Assembly (NCBI GenBank): GCA_048939465.1
Contig: JBHLPL010000014.1
Span: 1-26,200, forward strand
From: Promethearchaeota archaeon
GTDB taxonomy: Archaea > Asgardarchaeota > Odinarchaeia > Odinarchaeales > JBHLKK01
DNA length: 26,200 bases
Direction of reading: 5' to 3'
A model generated the notes under the pieces. The model was not told the origin of the DNA and did no database searches. It saw nothing but the letters and a program-made list of their open reading frames with translations. Of the stretch, positions 16,297 to 24,957 are shown piece after piece (the first letter of the stretch is position 1; every line of letters begins with the position of its first letter). The translations under genes and the position numbers were made by a program.

Positions 16297-17055
16297 ATGA
16301 AAGCTCATCGATCTGGAATGATTAATCCTATGCCGTTTAGAGAGACTCCAACAACCTTGAGAATTGCCGGTGCTGCACTATTCGCAGCTCTCTCTACACT
16401 CCTCCAGTTTGTACCTATATACGTAACTCCCTGGGGAATGGCCATAGATTTGGTTGCAGTTCCTTGGGTAATTTGCTATTTCGTATTCGGTTTTGAATCT
16501 GCACTAGTTTGCTCTCTAATAAGTTTGCCTACTGTAGGGCTCGTCGGAGGAGGCGGCTTCGTGGGTGCAATAATGAAATTTGTTGCCAGTGTATGGATGT
16601 TTGTAATTCCAACCGCTCTGGTGTTAAGAATCCGAGAAGGCCGCTATGCTATCGTGAAGCGAGTTCTGATCTTCATACTTGTATCAATAGGGGCAATAAT
16701 AATACGGGATCTTGTGGCTGTTTTATTCAATTTCTACTTTGCAATTCCTGTGTTCTTTGGGATAAGCATAGAAGAGGGAGCCAGCTGGGTTGTAGGTGTA
16801 TCTGAGGCATTTTTGACGGGGCTATTTGGAGAATTGAATTTGCTGCTGACTTTTGCTTTAATCATCGCGTTCTGGAATACTGTGCAGGGAGCGATAGACC
16901 TTGTTGTTTCGTGGGTTTGTGCCCGCGTTTGGTTTGCCGTTTCTACCGAGTCAACTTCGATTTCAAAAGATACTCAAACCGCCGACCCCTCTTCCGGGAA
17001 CGTGGCTCCCGTACAAAAAACTGAGCAGCAAGGTAACGGCAGAATCGACTCTTGA
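16297..17055 (+). CDS. ECF transporter S component, substrate unknown
   Basis: ALFAALSTLL....IDLVAVP pattern and about 6 TM helices; true start may be 16318 or 16330. Confidence 0.75.
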   Translation: MKAHRSGMINPMPFRETPTTLRIAGAALFAALSTLLQFVPIYVTPWGMAIDLVAVPWVICYFVFGFESALVCSLISLPTVGLVGGGGFVGAIMKFVASVWMFVIPTALVLRIREGRYAIVKRVLIFILVSIGAIIIRDLVAVLFNFYFAIPVFFGISIEEGASWVVGVSEAFLTGLFGELNLLLTFALIIAFWNTVQGAIDLVVSWVCARVWFAVSTESTSISKDTQTADPSSGNVAPVQKTEQQGNGRIDS

Positions 17056-17059
17056 GAGT

Positions 17060-17533
17060 CTAAAGCGTACTCTGCATGATGATCATATAGTCCTCGAAGC
17101 CAAACTTTTGATAAAGCTTTCTAGCTGTCTTATTGTTGACCCAGACTGTCAATCTTACATGAGTGACATTCTTGGATTTGAGATACTCAAGACTTCTTTC
17201 GATCAATTCCGTGGCAATTCCTTTGCCCCTGAAATTAGAGTGAACGTAAACATCATAAATCGTCGCCCACCGATAGCGTGTTTTAAGGCCGGTTCTTGTG
17301 TGAGTGAAGAATATGATGTAGCCAACAATCCTTTCCTCGATTTCTGCAACAAGAACTTGGTTTTCATCCTCAGCGTAAGTCTCCATAACGAATTTTCGCC
17401 AGTTCTTAACATTTGAGTCGTTGGAAAGTATGTGAAGATCACTAGCAGAAGGGTCTGACATGAAAGTCTTCCACAGTTTTGCCACTTGTTTGAAGTCTTC
17501 CATTTCAAACGGGCGGATATTCAAAACTATCAC
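17060..17533 (-). CDS. GNAT-family N-acetyltransferase
   Basis: VYVHSNFRGKGIA acetyl-CoA motif A and NKTARKLYQKFGF motif B. Confidence 0.92.
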   Translation of the reverse strand: MIVLNIRPFEMEDFKQVAKLWKTFMSDPSASDLHILSNDSNVKNWRKFVMETYAEDENQVLVAEIEERIVGYIIFFTHTRTGLKTRYRWATIYDVYVHSNFRGKGIATELIERSLEYLKSKNVTHVRLTVWVNNKTARKLYQKFGFEDYMIIMQSTL

Positions 17534-17744
17534 CCCGGGATACCGAGTGGAATGCTCTTGATGAGAATACTTTATTCTTTCAGAATATATCTCTATTTCT
17601 TTGAGGAATCCGCATCTTCAATAGCTTTATTACTGGTGGTTCTTTTCAAAATAGTGGATGGATGATCAGTAACGGGATTATGAATCAATTAGACTTAAAA
17701 AACATGAAAGCAGAAAAATAGACAACAAACGATATTTCGTACGA

Positions 17745-17854
17745 GCGGGGGTAGCCAAGTGGTTTACGGCGCAGGCCTGCTAAGCCTGTAACCCTTGCGG
17801 GTTGCGCGGGTTCGAAACTTCTGCAGAGTCGCGAAAATCCCGCCCCCCGCGCCA
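17745..17854 (+). tRNA. tRNA-Ser(GCT) with encoded CCA and a 21-nt T-loop intron
   Basis: Acceptor stem GCGGGGG/CCCCCGC; anticodon stem CAGGC/GCCTG with GCT at 17779-81; long variable arm AACCC-TTGC-GGGTT; T-stem GCGGG/CCCGC; discriminator G plus CCA. Confidence 0.95.
17817..17837 (+). other. Non-canonical tRNA intron at position 59/60
   Basis: Removing ACTTCTGCAGAGTCGCGAAAA restores the TTCGAAT T-loop; central helix TTCG/CGAA is flanked by 3-nt bulges AAA and AAT (BHB). Confidence 0.88.
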
Positions 17855-17898
17855 TTAAATTCTTTGGGCTAACAGGCACCCCACGCCCTGTATGAAAC

Positions 17899-17920
17899 TA
17901 TTAGAACATATGTTCTAATA
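17899..17920. repeat. Perfect 22-bp palindrome TATTAGAACATATGTTCTAATA
   Basis: Identical to its own reverse complement; 45 nt downstream of the tRNA and about 25 nt upstream of a TTAAAA box. Confidence 0.9.
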
Positions 17921-18213
17921 AAGCACTACGGGTGACGGCAAAAACTTAAAAGAACCGCAAAGCTTTATCGACTGGCGATATTGATTCCCTTATTGTGGAT
18001 TCGGATCTCCTCTCGGTGATTGAATGTTAGAGGTCTCATAATATCAGAAGAAGACCGGTATGAATGGAAGGAGTGCCCAGAAAACGAACGGGGAAGGAAA
18101 TCCGAAAATTCGGATCAAGAAGCGGGCATTCAGAATGGAAGGTCAAGAACGAGTATCAGGAATAGAAAGGTTTGTAAGAATACTCAATTACTCTGAGAAT
18201 CAGAAATAGCAAT

Positions 18214-19290
18214 ATGAGAGAGATTGACATGGCAAGAACAGCGATAATTTATGACAAAGCTTATCTTAAGCATGATTCTGGACGAAACCATCCTGAACGA
18301 AAGGAAAGGCTAATTGCCATAATGAGTGCTCTAGAAGAACGAGGATTGCTTGCAAACCCAGAAGTTAGACTTATCAAACCCAAACAGGCAGTTGAAGAAG
18401 ACCTTCTCCTAGCGCATACCAGAGAGTATATCAATGAGATCAAACGATTCAGCGAACTCGGAGGCGGACCCCTTACCGTGGATACGGCTGGATCAAAGGA
18501 TACCTTTGATGTTGCTCTCTTGGCAGTAGGGGGCGCTCTAAGTGCGGCAGATCTTGTAATGAGGGGAGAGGTGAAAAATGCCTTTGCTTTTATTAGACCT
18601 CCTGGACACCATGCCAGCAGCGCCATGGCACGCGGCTTTTGCTTTTTTAACAATATTGTCATACTGGGCGAGTATCTTCGTAAAAACCACGGGTTGAAGC
18701 GAATTCTGTGTGTTGATGTAGATGTTCATCACGGCAATGGAACTCAGGATCTTACGTACGACAAGAACTATTTTCTGTATCTGGGTTTGCACCAGGACGG
18801 CCGTACACTCTATCCTGGAACCGGGTCTATCCATGAAATAGGTGCTGCCAAAGGAAGAGGATACAATATTAATATTCCTTTCCCTCCAGGAACAGGTGAT
18901 GAAACATATCTCTCTGCATTAAAGGAAGTGCTCATCCCTCTTTCTGAACAGTATAAGCCTCAAATTATACTAGTATCCTGGGGATTCGACACTCATATTT
19001 TTGAACACCTTGCGTCCTTGAATCTGACCAGTCAAGGATGTAGTCGAGTGGCCGAAGTCCTCTTAGAGGTCGCAGACAATCATAGCGATGGTAGGCTAAT
19101 CGCATTGCTTGAGGGGGGGTATAATCTGGACGCATTGTCTCGCGGCGCTGTCAACGTGGTTTCCAAAATGGCTGGAATTAATAACCAAATACAGGACAAT
19201 ACTGTTGAAGAACCTTCTTCTGTGAGGGAGTATATGAAAAAGGTCTTGGAACAACTCAAACAAAACTTAAAGGATTTCTGGACATTCTGA
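18214..19290 (+). CDS. Zn-dependent histone-deacetylase-family protein (AcuC/AphA-like)
   Basis: HPE..ERL, RPPGHHA, GFCFFNN, DVDVHHGNGTQ, GFD and LEGGY motifs; start may be 18229. Confidence 0.95.
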   Translation: MREIDMARTAIIYDKAYLKHDSGRNHPERKERLIAIMSALEERGLLANPEVRLIKPKQAVEEDLLLAHTREYINEIKRFSELGGGPLTVDTAGSKDTFDVALLAVGGALSAADLVMRGEVKNAFAFIRPPGHHASSAMARGFCFFNNIVILGEYLRKNHGLKRILCVDVDVHHGNGTQDLTYDKNYFLYLGLHQDGRTLYPGTGSIHEIGAAKGRGYNINIPFPPGTGDETYLSALKEVLIPLSEQYKPQIILVSWGFDTHIFEHLASLNLTSQGCSRVAEVLLEVADNHSDGRLIALLEGGYNLDALSRGAVNVVSKMAGINNQIQDNTVEEPSSVREYMKKVLEQLKQNLKDFWTF

Positions 19291-19466
19291 TTTATGCCCT
19301 CATCTCTATTTTTCAGTGTTTCTCAATCATCTCGATTTTTACGTTCCGTTTTTCAAAAAACAAAATAAGGGGAAAGACACAATCTACTATAGTTTCATAT
19401 GATTTGATTCATCCCGGCACAGAAAGCAGGGCGTGAGACTGACTCAGAACGCTTAGGGTGAGATAA

Positions 19467-20672
19467 ATGCTAGTTGGAATAGTTGGAAAGCCAAGCTCTG
19501 GGAAGAGTACTTTCATGAACGCTGCATGTTTGACGACATATAAAACCGCAGAGTACCCATTCACTACCATCGAGCCCAATCCTGGAGTGGCCTACGTTCG
19601 AAAAGAGTGTGTTTGCAAAGAACTTGATGTCAAAGATCATCCCAGAAATTCTTTATGCGTTGAAGGTGTTCGATTAATCCCGATAAATCTATTGGATGTG
19701 GCAGGCTTAGTTCCAGATGCGTGGAAGGGTAGGGGGCTTGGAAATAAGTTCTTGGACGATCTACGGAGGGCAGATGCTTTTATTCATGTCGTAGATGCGT
19801 CAGGTTCACTAGATGCGGAGGGAAAACCAGTAGAACAAGGGTCACGAAATCCAGTTGATGATGTCAAGTTCTTGGATAGGGAGATTAACATGTGGCTAGC
19901 TGAAATAATAAAAAGAGACTGGGGTAGATTAGCCAGACGGGTTGAAACAGAAAAGACGCCCTTTGCTGAAACGCTGGCAGATCGTCTTTCAGGACTGAGT
20001 ATGACTCGGATTCACATATTAAACGCAGCGCGAAAAACTCAACTGAACTTAGACAAACCATCAAAGTGGAGTGATGATGACCTCTACAGGTTTGTGGATA
20101 TGCTCAGAAGAATCGCAAAGCCTACGTTGATTGCAGCAAACAAGATGGACAGACCTACAGCTGAAGAAGGACTGAAACAGCTGAAAGATGTCGAATATCC
20201 TGTAGTACCCACGTGTTCGCTTGCGGAATATCACCTCAGAAAGCTGGCAGAAGAGGGAATTGTCAAGTATCGTCCAGGAGATCGTAGCTTTGAAATGGCT
20301 GCTGTCGATAGATTACCTGAAAAAGATAAAACTGCTTTAGAACGGATTAGATCAAATATCTTTGGGAAGTACGAGGGTACTGGGGTTCAACAAGCAATAG
20401 ATAAAACTGTTTTTGAATTGCTGGAGCTCGTTGTAGTATATCCCGTTGAAGATGCAAACAAGTTCTGTGACCACGAGCAGAGAGTATTGCCTGATTCTCT
20501 CCTGGTACCTAGAGGAACCACTTCCCGGGAGCTTGCATATAAGATTCACACAGATTTAGGAGAAACATTTATCCATGCAATTGATGCGAAAACCAAACAA
20601 AGGCTCAGTGAGAACTATGAACTCAAGGATGGAGATGTAATTAGGATAGTCAGCGCGAAAGCTCTGAAGTAG
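19467..20672 (+). CDS. ychF: YchF/Obg-family NTPase with C-terminal TGS domain
   Basis: GKPSSGKST, YPFTTIEPN, DVAGLV, GLGNKFL, ANKMD and a TGS region ELAYKIHTDLG. Confidence 0.93.
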   Translation: MLVGIVGKPSSGKSTFMNAACLTTYKTAEYPFTTIEPNPGVAYVRKECVCKELDVKDHPRNSLCVEGVRLIPINLLDVAGLVPDAWKGRGLGNKFLDDLRRADAFIHVVDASGSLDAEGKPVEQGSRNPVDDVKFLDREINMWLAEIIKRDWGRLARRVETEKTPFAETLADRLSGLSMTRIHILNAARKTQLNLDKPSKWSDDDLYRFVDMLRRIAKPTLIAANKMDRPTAEEGLKQLKDVEYPVVPTCSLAEYHLRKLAEEGIVKYRPGDRSFEMAAVDRLPEKDKTALERIRSNIFGKYEGTGVQQAIDKTVFELLELVVVYPVEDANKFCDHEQRVLPDSLLVPRGTTSRELAYKIHTDLGETFIHAIDAKTKQRLSENYELKDGDVIRIVSAKALK

Positions 20673-20691
20673 ACCTACATCCGTAAAGGTT

Positions 20692-21987
20692 TCAAAGCAT
20701 ATTGATGAGCCTTCTTAGAATCTCTTCGTCTGTTAAGCAGTTTTCGGGGGGCTCTATGACTTTCTTGAGTCGTTTTGCTGTCATATCCATTCCTATGACG
20801 GTTCCTTCAACTTCTGTTCCTGTTATCGCAACGGGGATGATTACGTCTGCGTTTCTTGCCGTGAGGGTGTTGTTAGGGTCAATAACAATCAGAGGGACTT
20901 CTCTAAGGTTTTTGACCATTTGATGCGGGAGGTTTGCAAAAGGATCTGAACCTACGATTAATGCTGCATCGCAGATCATGTCGGATAGAGCATCTGTAAC
21001 TGTAACGTGAGCAGTTGATTTCTCAGAAAAATCAACACCGTAAGGGAATCCTGTTAACTCTTTCATACTGCTTATTAATCCCATCATGTTTGCGTGACCA
21101 ATCATCGGCATTAAGAAAAACCGATTTCCGTTCTTGTTTAATTGTGATGTAAATCTTACGAGAGATCTTATTGTATCCTCTCCTCCGACTTGGAGTATGC
21201 CCAGTCCAATGAAGATTACACCATACTGAGCAGACCTAATCGCATTAGCAAATCCCTTCACGTCCTCCGGATTTGCCCCGCCCAGATTATTAGGCAAATC
21301 ATTGCCGGACAGGTACTCAGAGAGCCCCTCTATGAGCTTTAGGTCCCCATTTGGCCTCACTTGGACAAAGATATTGGCGGTTCTTGCTGCTCTTGTTTTT
21401 CTAACGTCTATCAAGATGATACTTCTGCTTTCTCTTCCACTTTGTGTTAGCTTACCTCTTGGAAAGGCAGTATACTTGCTGAGATGTCTACTGTGGGAAT
21501 CTGCTGGGTTACTTCCCCAGTAGACGATAAGATCTGCTTCATCAAGGATCTCGTTTAAGGTTGGAGATTTGAACCCTTTCCCAAGTTCCTCTTCAATTAT
21601 CTTGAGAGTAACACCATGACATATGCTAGCCGTCCCGTCTATAACTCCACCTAGTTTTTCTGCAAGTTTAATACCTGCTTTCTGAGCCTCGCAGGAAGAT
21701 GTACCCCAACCGTACATAAGTGGCTTTTTTGCGTTAAAGAGAATCTCAATAGCGGCCTCCAGTGCCTTATCAAGACTCACAGACCTAAATCTACCTTTGC
21801 TTTTTATAGCAGGCTTCTGAATTCTATTCTTGCCCTTTGGACTTCTGAAGATCTCTGCACCTCTAAGACAGGCACCGTATGTATGAGTGATCTCTCCATT
21901 CTTCGTGACAACAATTATATCGTCACACAAGACTGCACACCCTGTGCAAATAACATCTTCAATAGTTTTTTCATCTTCAGCGCCCAG
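20692..21987 (-). CDS. fwdB: Formylmethanofuran dehydrogenase subunit B-like molybdo/tungstopterin protein, divergent
   Basis: Extending the track ORF upstream in frame recovers CTGCAVLCDD...ACLRG ([4Fe-4S]); also ASICHG and WGSNP..HSRHLSKY. The only plausible start after the upstream stop is CTG at 21987, 6 nt after GAGGTGA. Confidence 0.85.
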   Translation of the reverse strand: MGAEDEKTIEDVICTGCAVLCDDIIVVTKNGEITHTYGACLRGAEIFRSPKGKNRIQKPAIKSKGRFRSVSLDKALEAAIEILFNAKKPLMYGWGTSSCEAQKAGIKLAEKLGGVIDGTASICHGVTLKIIEEELGKGFKSPTLNEILDEADLIVYWGSNPADSHSRHLSKYTAFPRGKLTQSGRESRSIILIDVRKTRAARTANIFVQVRPNGDLKLIEGLSEYLSGNDLPNNLGGANPEDVKGFANAIRSAQYGVIFIGLGILQVGGEDTIRSLVRFTSQLNKNGNRFFLMPMIGHANMMGLISSMKELTGFPYGVDFSEKSTAHVTVTDALSDMICDAALIVGSDPFANLPHQMVKNLREVPLIVIDPNNTLTARNADVIIPVAITGTEVEGTVIGMDMTAKRLKKVIEPPENCLTDEEILRRLINML

Positions 21988-21993
21988 CTCTTC

Positions 21994-22464
21994 TCACCTC
22001 AGAATCTTGATTGCTTCGGTGAAACAATATACTTCGCAAACTCTACAAAGTGTGATGGGTGGCTCATACCGACGGCATCTGGATAGGTTAGCAATCTCTG
22101 CTTTACCATCTTTGACGACAAATATCGAATCCTTTTCATTATTCGTACTCAATCCCTTTGCACTTCCAGGGTTGACAAAGACATTAGGCGGACATGCTAC
22201 AACGCAGTTTCCGCAGCCTATGCACTTGTCTTGGTCAAGAACGATCCCAGTTTCTCTGGCTTCCGCCAGTGGTGCAACGATGTCTTGAAGCTCAGCAAGA
22301 TTTCTTTTGTATTTAGCTTCTTCAAAAAGCGGTGTGCACCTGTCTAACGTTATCTTTTGACTTACGAGTTTTACTGCAAATGCCATGCAGTTAGTTTCCC
22401 CACATTTTTTGCAGTTGGTTTGGGGCAACAATTTATACACTGAAAACGCATTGAACCCAGGCAC
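21994..22464 (-). CDS. fwdG: FwdG-like ferredoxin with an extra N-terminal Fe-S domain (RnfB/AcsC-type)
   Basis: LPQTNCKKCGETNCMAFA..L...C domain, then CIGCGNCVVACP and C..LCRVCEVYC; adjacent to fwdB. Confidence 0.7.
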   Translation of the reverse strand: MPGFNAFSVYKLLPQTNCKKCGETNCMAFAVKLVSQKITLDRCTPLFEEAKYKRNLAELQDIVAPLAEARETGIVLDQDKCIGCGNCVVACPPNVFVNPGSAKGLSTNNEKDSIFVVKDGKAEIANLSRCRRYEPPITLCRVCEVYCFTEAIKILR

Positions 22465-22527
22465 TATTGATCCACACTCCTACAGCATCTTATGACTTAC
22501 AAAAATTTAAATGATTAAGTTGTATAA

Positions 22528-22541
22528 GCCTCATATGAGGC
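22528..22541. promoter_or_regulatory. Perfect 14-bp palindrome GCCTCATATGAGGC at the fwdG / hdrA divergent promoter
   Basis: Lies 15-30 nt downstream of ATTTAAAT (22505-12), over the expected hdrA transcription start. Confidence 0.45.
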
Positions 22542-22584
22542 CTGGTTCTTACTCCTCGCACCATTCGTATTACTTCCCGGAAAT

Positions 22585-24957
22585 GTGGTGACCTTGGTGA
22601 AAATTGGGGTCTTCGTATGTCACTGCGGTTTTAACATTGCCGAGACTGTTGATATAAAAAAAGTCTTGAAAGAGGTAGGCAAAGAACCAAACGTGGTATG
22701 CTATGATCACGATTACTTGTGTTCGGATAGTGGTTTAAACGCAGTCAAAGAACGTATCAAGGAGGACGGACTTGATCGTGTCGTAGTTGCCTCCTGTACA
22801 CCCAAGCTTCATGAAAATCTCTTTCGTAAAACCGTTGAAGAGGCCGGTCTAAATCGTTTTCTTCTGGAGATCGCAAACATACGGGAACAATGCAGCTGGG
22901 TTCACCATTATGACCCTGCTAGAGCAACCTTAAAAACCATTGATTTGATCAAAATGGCCATTGAACAGGCCAAATATCTTACGCCTCTTTCAACAAAAAC
23001 CGTGCAGGTTGAAGGAAGTGCTCTTGTTATTGGGGGAGGTATTGCTGGAATAACAGCCGCCCTCAATCTGGCGAATGCAGGAATAAAAGTTTACCTAGTT
23101 GAACGCGGACCAAGCATAGGCGGACATATGGCGATGTTTGATAAGGTCTTTCCTACGCTGGATTGTAGCATTTGTGTTCTTGCTCCGTTAATGGTGGAAG
23201 CGAATCAACATCCGAACATTTCAGTGATGACCTATTCGGAAGTCAAAAGCGTAAACGGGTCAATTGGGAACTTTGAAATAGAGATTCTGAAAAATCCTCG
23301 TTATATTGATGAAGAGAAATGTGTGGGTTGCTATCAGACATGTACAGAAACCTGCCCCGTCCAAGTTCCAAACGAGTTCAACCAGAATATAGGAACTAGA
23401 AAAGCCATTTATGTGCCCTTTCCGCAGGCCGTTCCTCTTATTCCCGTGATAGATGAACAAGCATGTACAGGTTGCAGAGTATGTGAGACCGCTTGTGATA
23501 GGGAGGCCATAAACTTCAAAGACGAGCCAAAAAGCGTTAAAATAAAGGCTGGGGCGATAATTGTTGCTACTGGATATGATGTCTATGATGCAACTCGAAA
23601 GTCAGAATATGGTTATGGAAGATATGGAAATGTAGTAACTACTCTTGAGTTTGAACGGATACTCAATCCCACAGGCTCTACCGAGGGTCACATAGCAAGG
23701 CCCACTGATGGGAAACAGCCCAAAAGAATAGCATTTATACAATGTGTAGGAAGTCGAGACGAGGTAGATGGAGCACTCTACTGCTCAAGAGTATGTTGTA
23801 TGAATGCCATCAAACAAGCACAAGAAATCAAGGAACGAATTCCAGACGCAGAAATCTATATCTTCTATCAAGATATACGTGCGTTCGGTAAAGGCTACGA
23901 AGAGATGTATCGTCGCGCTCTCGAGAAGGATCGCATCCGGTTCATTCGGGGGATAGTGGGCAATGTCATTGAAGACACAAAGACCAAGAATTTGTATCTC
24001 CGAGTGGAAGACACTCTTGCTGGACAGCCAATCGAAGTGGAAGCAGATCTAGTTGTTCTATCTGTAGGGATGAGAAGCTCCGATGGATTAGACAAGCTTG
24101 CTTCGCTGCTAAATCTTGCCAGGAGCTCGGATGGCTTCTTGCAGGAAGCGCATCCTAAATTAAGGCCCTCTGAGACCATGATTTCAGGAATATATCTCGC
24201 TGGCTGTGCCCAAGGTCCCAAAGACATTCAGGACACCGTCTCTCATGCAGGAGAGGCAGCAGCCAAAGTTATCGCATTACTGACCAAAGGAGTAATTGAA
24301 GTTGACCCCATCACACCAATGGTCAGCATAGACGATTGCACTGGTTGTGGGTTATGTGAAAACGCTTGTTCTTACAGTGCGATCACGATCAATGACAAGA
24401 AAGCCACTGTTAGAGAGGCTGCTTGCAGGGGGGGAGGGGCGTGTGCCGCCGCCTGTCCTGTTTCTGCAATTGATATTCCATTATTTACGGATCTCCAGAT
24501 ATCATCGGCAATTCAAGCTATCCTCAAGGAGAGGCAAGAATATCCGCTTATCATAGGGTTTCTCTGCAACTGGTGTGGGTATGCTGGGGCGGATATGGCC
24601 GGCGTTAGCAGATTCCAATATCCTACAAACATTCGACTAGTTAGGGTTATGTGTTCTGCTCGGGTCAGTCCGCTTTTTGCCTTGAGGGCTTTGACTGAAG
24701 GAGCCGACGGTGTTCTCATAGCCGGTTGCTACCCACAAGATTGCCACTATGGAGATGGATTTGAAAAGACATCACAGAGAATTGATTTTCTAAAACACGT
24801 TCTGAGTGCCTTTGGTTTTGACGACAAACGTATAAGATTGATTAGCGTTTCTGCCTCAGAGGGGGAGAAATTTGCCAGGGAAGTCGGAGATTTTGTAAAG
24901 ACATTAAGTCCTCTCGGACCGGTAGGCTCTGAGTTTGAGAAGGGGGTAAAAAGATGA
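22585..24957 (+). CDS. hdrA: HdrA-MvhD fusion (flavin-based electron-bifurcating subunit)
   Basis: CHCG..I, VASCTPKLHE, IREQCSWVH, GGGIAG, FPTLDC, inserted 2x[4Fe-4S], FIQCVGSRD, CSRVCCM, AGCAQGPKDI and a C-terminal ferredoxin; MvhD part from about 24541 (CNWCGYAGAD, VMCSARV, GCYPQDCHY). Confidence 0.95.
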   Translation: MVTLVKIGVFVCHCGFNIAETVDIKKVLKEVGKEPNVVCYDHDYLCSDSGLNAVKERIKEDGLDRVVVASCTPKLHENLFRKTVEEAGLNRFLLEIANIREQCSWVHHYDPARATLKTIDLIKMAIEQAKYLTPLSTKTVQVEGSALVIGGGIAGITAALNLANAGIKVYLVERGPSIGGHMAMFDKVFPTLDCSICVLAPLMVEANQHPNISVMTYSEVKSVNGSIGNFEIEILKNPRYIDEEKCVGCYQTCTETCPVQVPNEFNQNIGTRKAIYVPFPQAVPLIPVIDEQACTGCRVCETACDREAINFKDEPKSVKIKAGAIIVATGYDVYDATRKSEYGYGRYGNVVTTLEFERILNPTGSTEGHIARPTDGKQPKRIAFIQCVGSRDEVDGALYCSRVCCMNAIKQAQEIKERIPDAEIYIFYQDIRAFGKGYEEMYRRALEKDRIRFIRGIVGNVIEDTKTKNLYLRVEDTLAGQPIEVEADLVVLSVGMRSSDGLDKLASLLNLARSSDGFLQEAHPKLRPSETMISGIYLAGCAQGPKDIQDTVSHAGEAAAKVIALLTKGVIEVDPITPMVSIDDCTGCGLCENACSYSAITINDKKATVREAACRGGGACAAACPVSAIDIPLFTDLQISSAIQAILKERQEYPLIIGFLCNWCGYAGADMAGVSRFQYPTNIRLVRVMCSARVSPLFALRALTEGADGVLIAGCYPQDCHYGDGFEKTSQRIDFLKHVLSAFGFDDKRIRLISVSASEGEKFAREVGDFVKTLSPLGPVGSEFEKGVKR

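Noticed and set aside
17838-17900. Integrated element (att site) at the tRNA 3' end
   Set aside because: I found no duplicate of the tRNA 3' sequence and no integrase in the window.
18020-18209. Small ORFs 18020-18196 (58 aa) and 18060-18209 (49 aa) upstream of the HDAC gene
   Set aside because: Overlapping alternative frames, low-complexity charged sequence and no recognisable motif; neither can be supported.
6231-22538. Recurrent TCATATGA at 6231, 19395 and 22531 as a shared regulon motif
   Set aside because: An AT-rich 8-mer is expected roughly once per window by chance, the flanks differ, and spacing to a TATA box is inconsistent at 19395.
1832-24957. Selenocysteine recoding in HydA, HdrA, MvhD or FwdB
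   Set aside because: All positions known to be Sec in methanogen homologues are Cys codons here (DPCISC, TLDCSIC, CNWCGY, ICHG), with no internal TGA.
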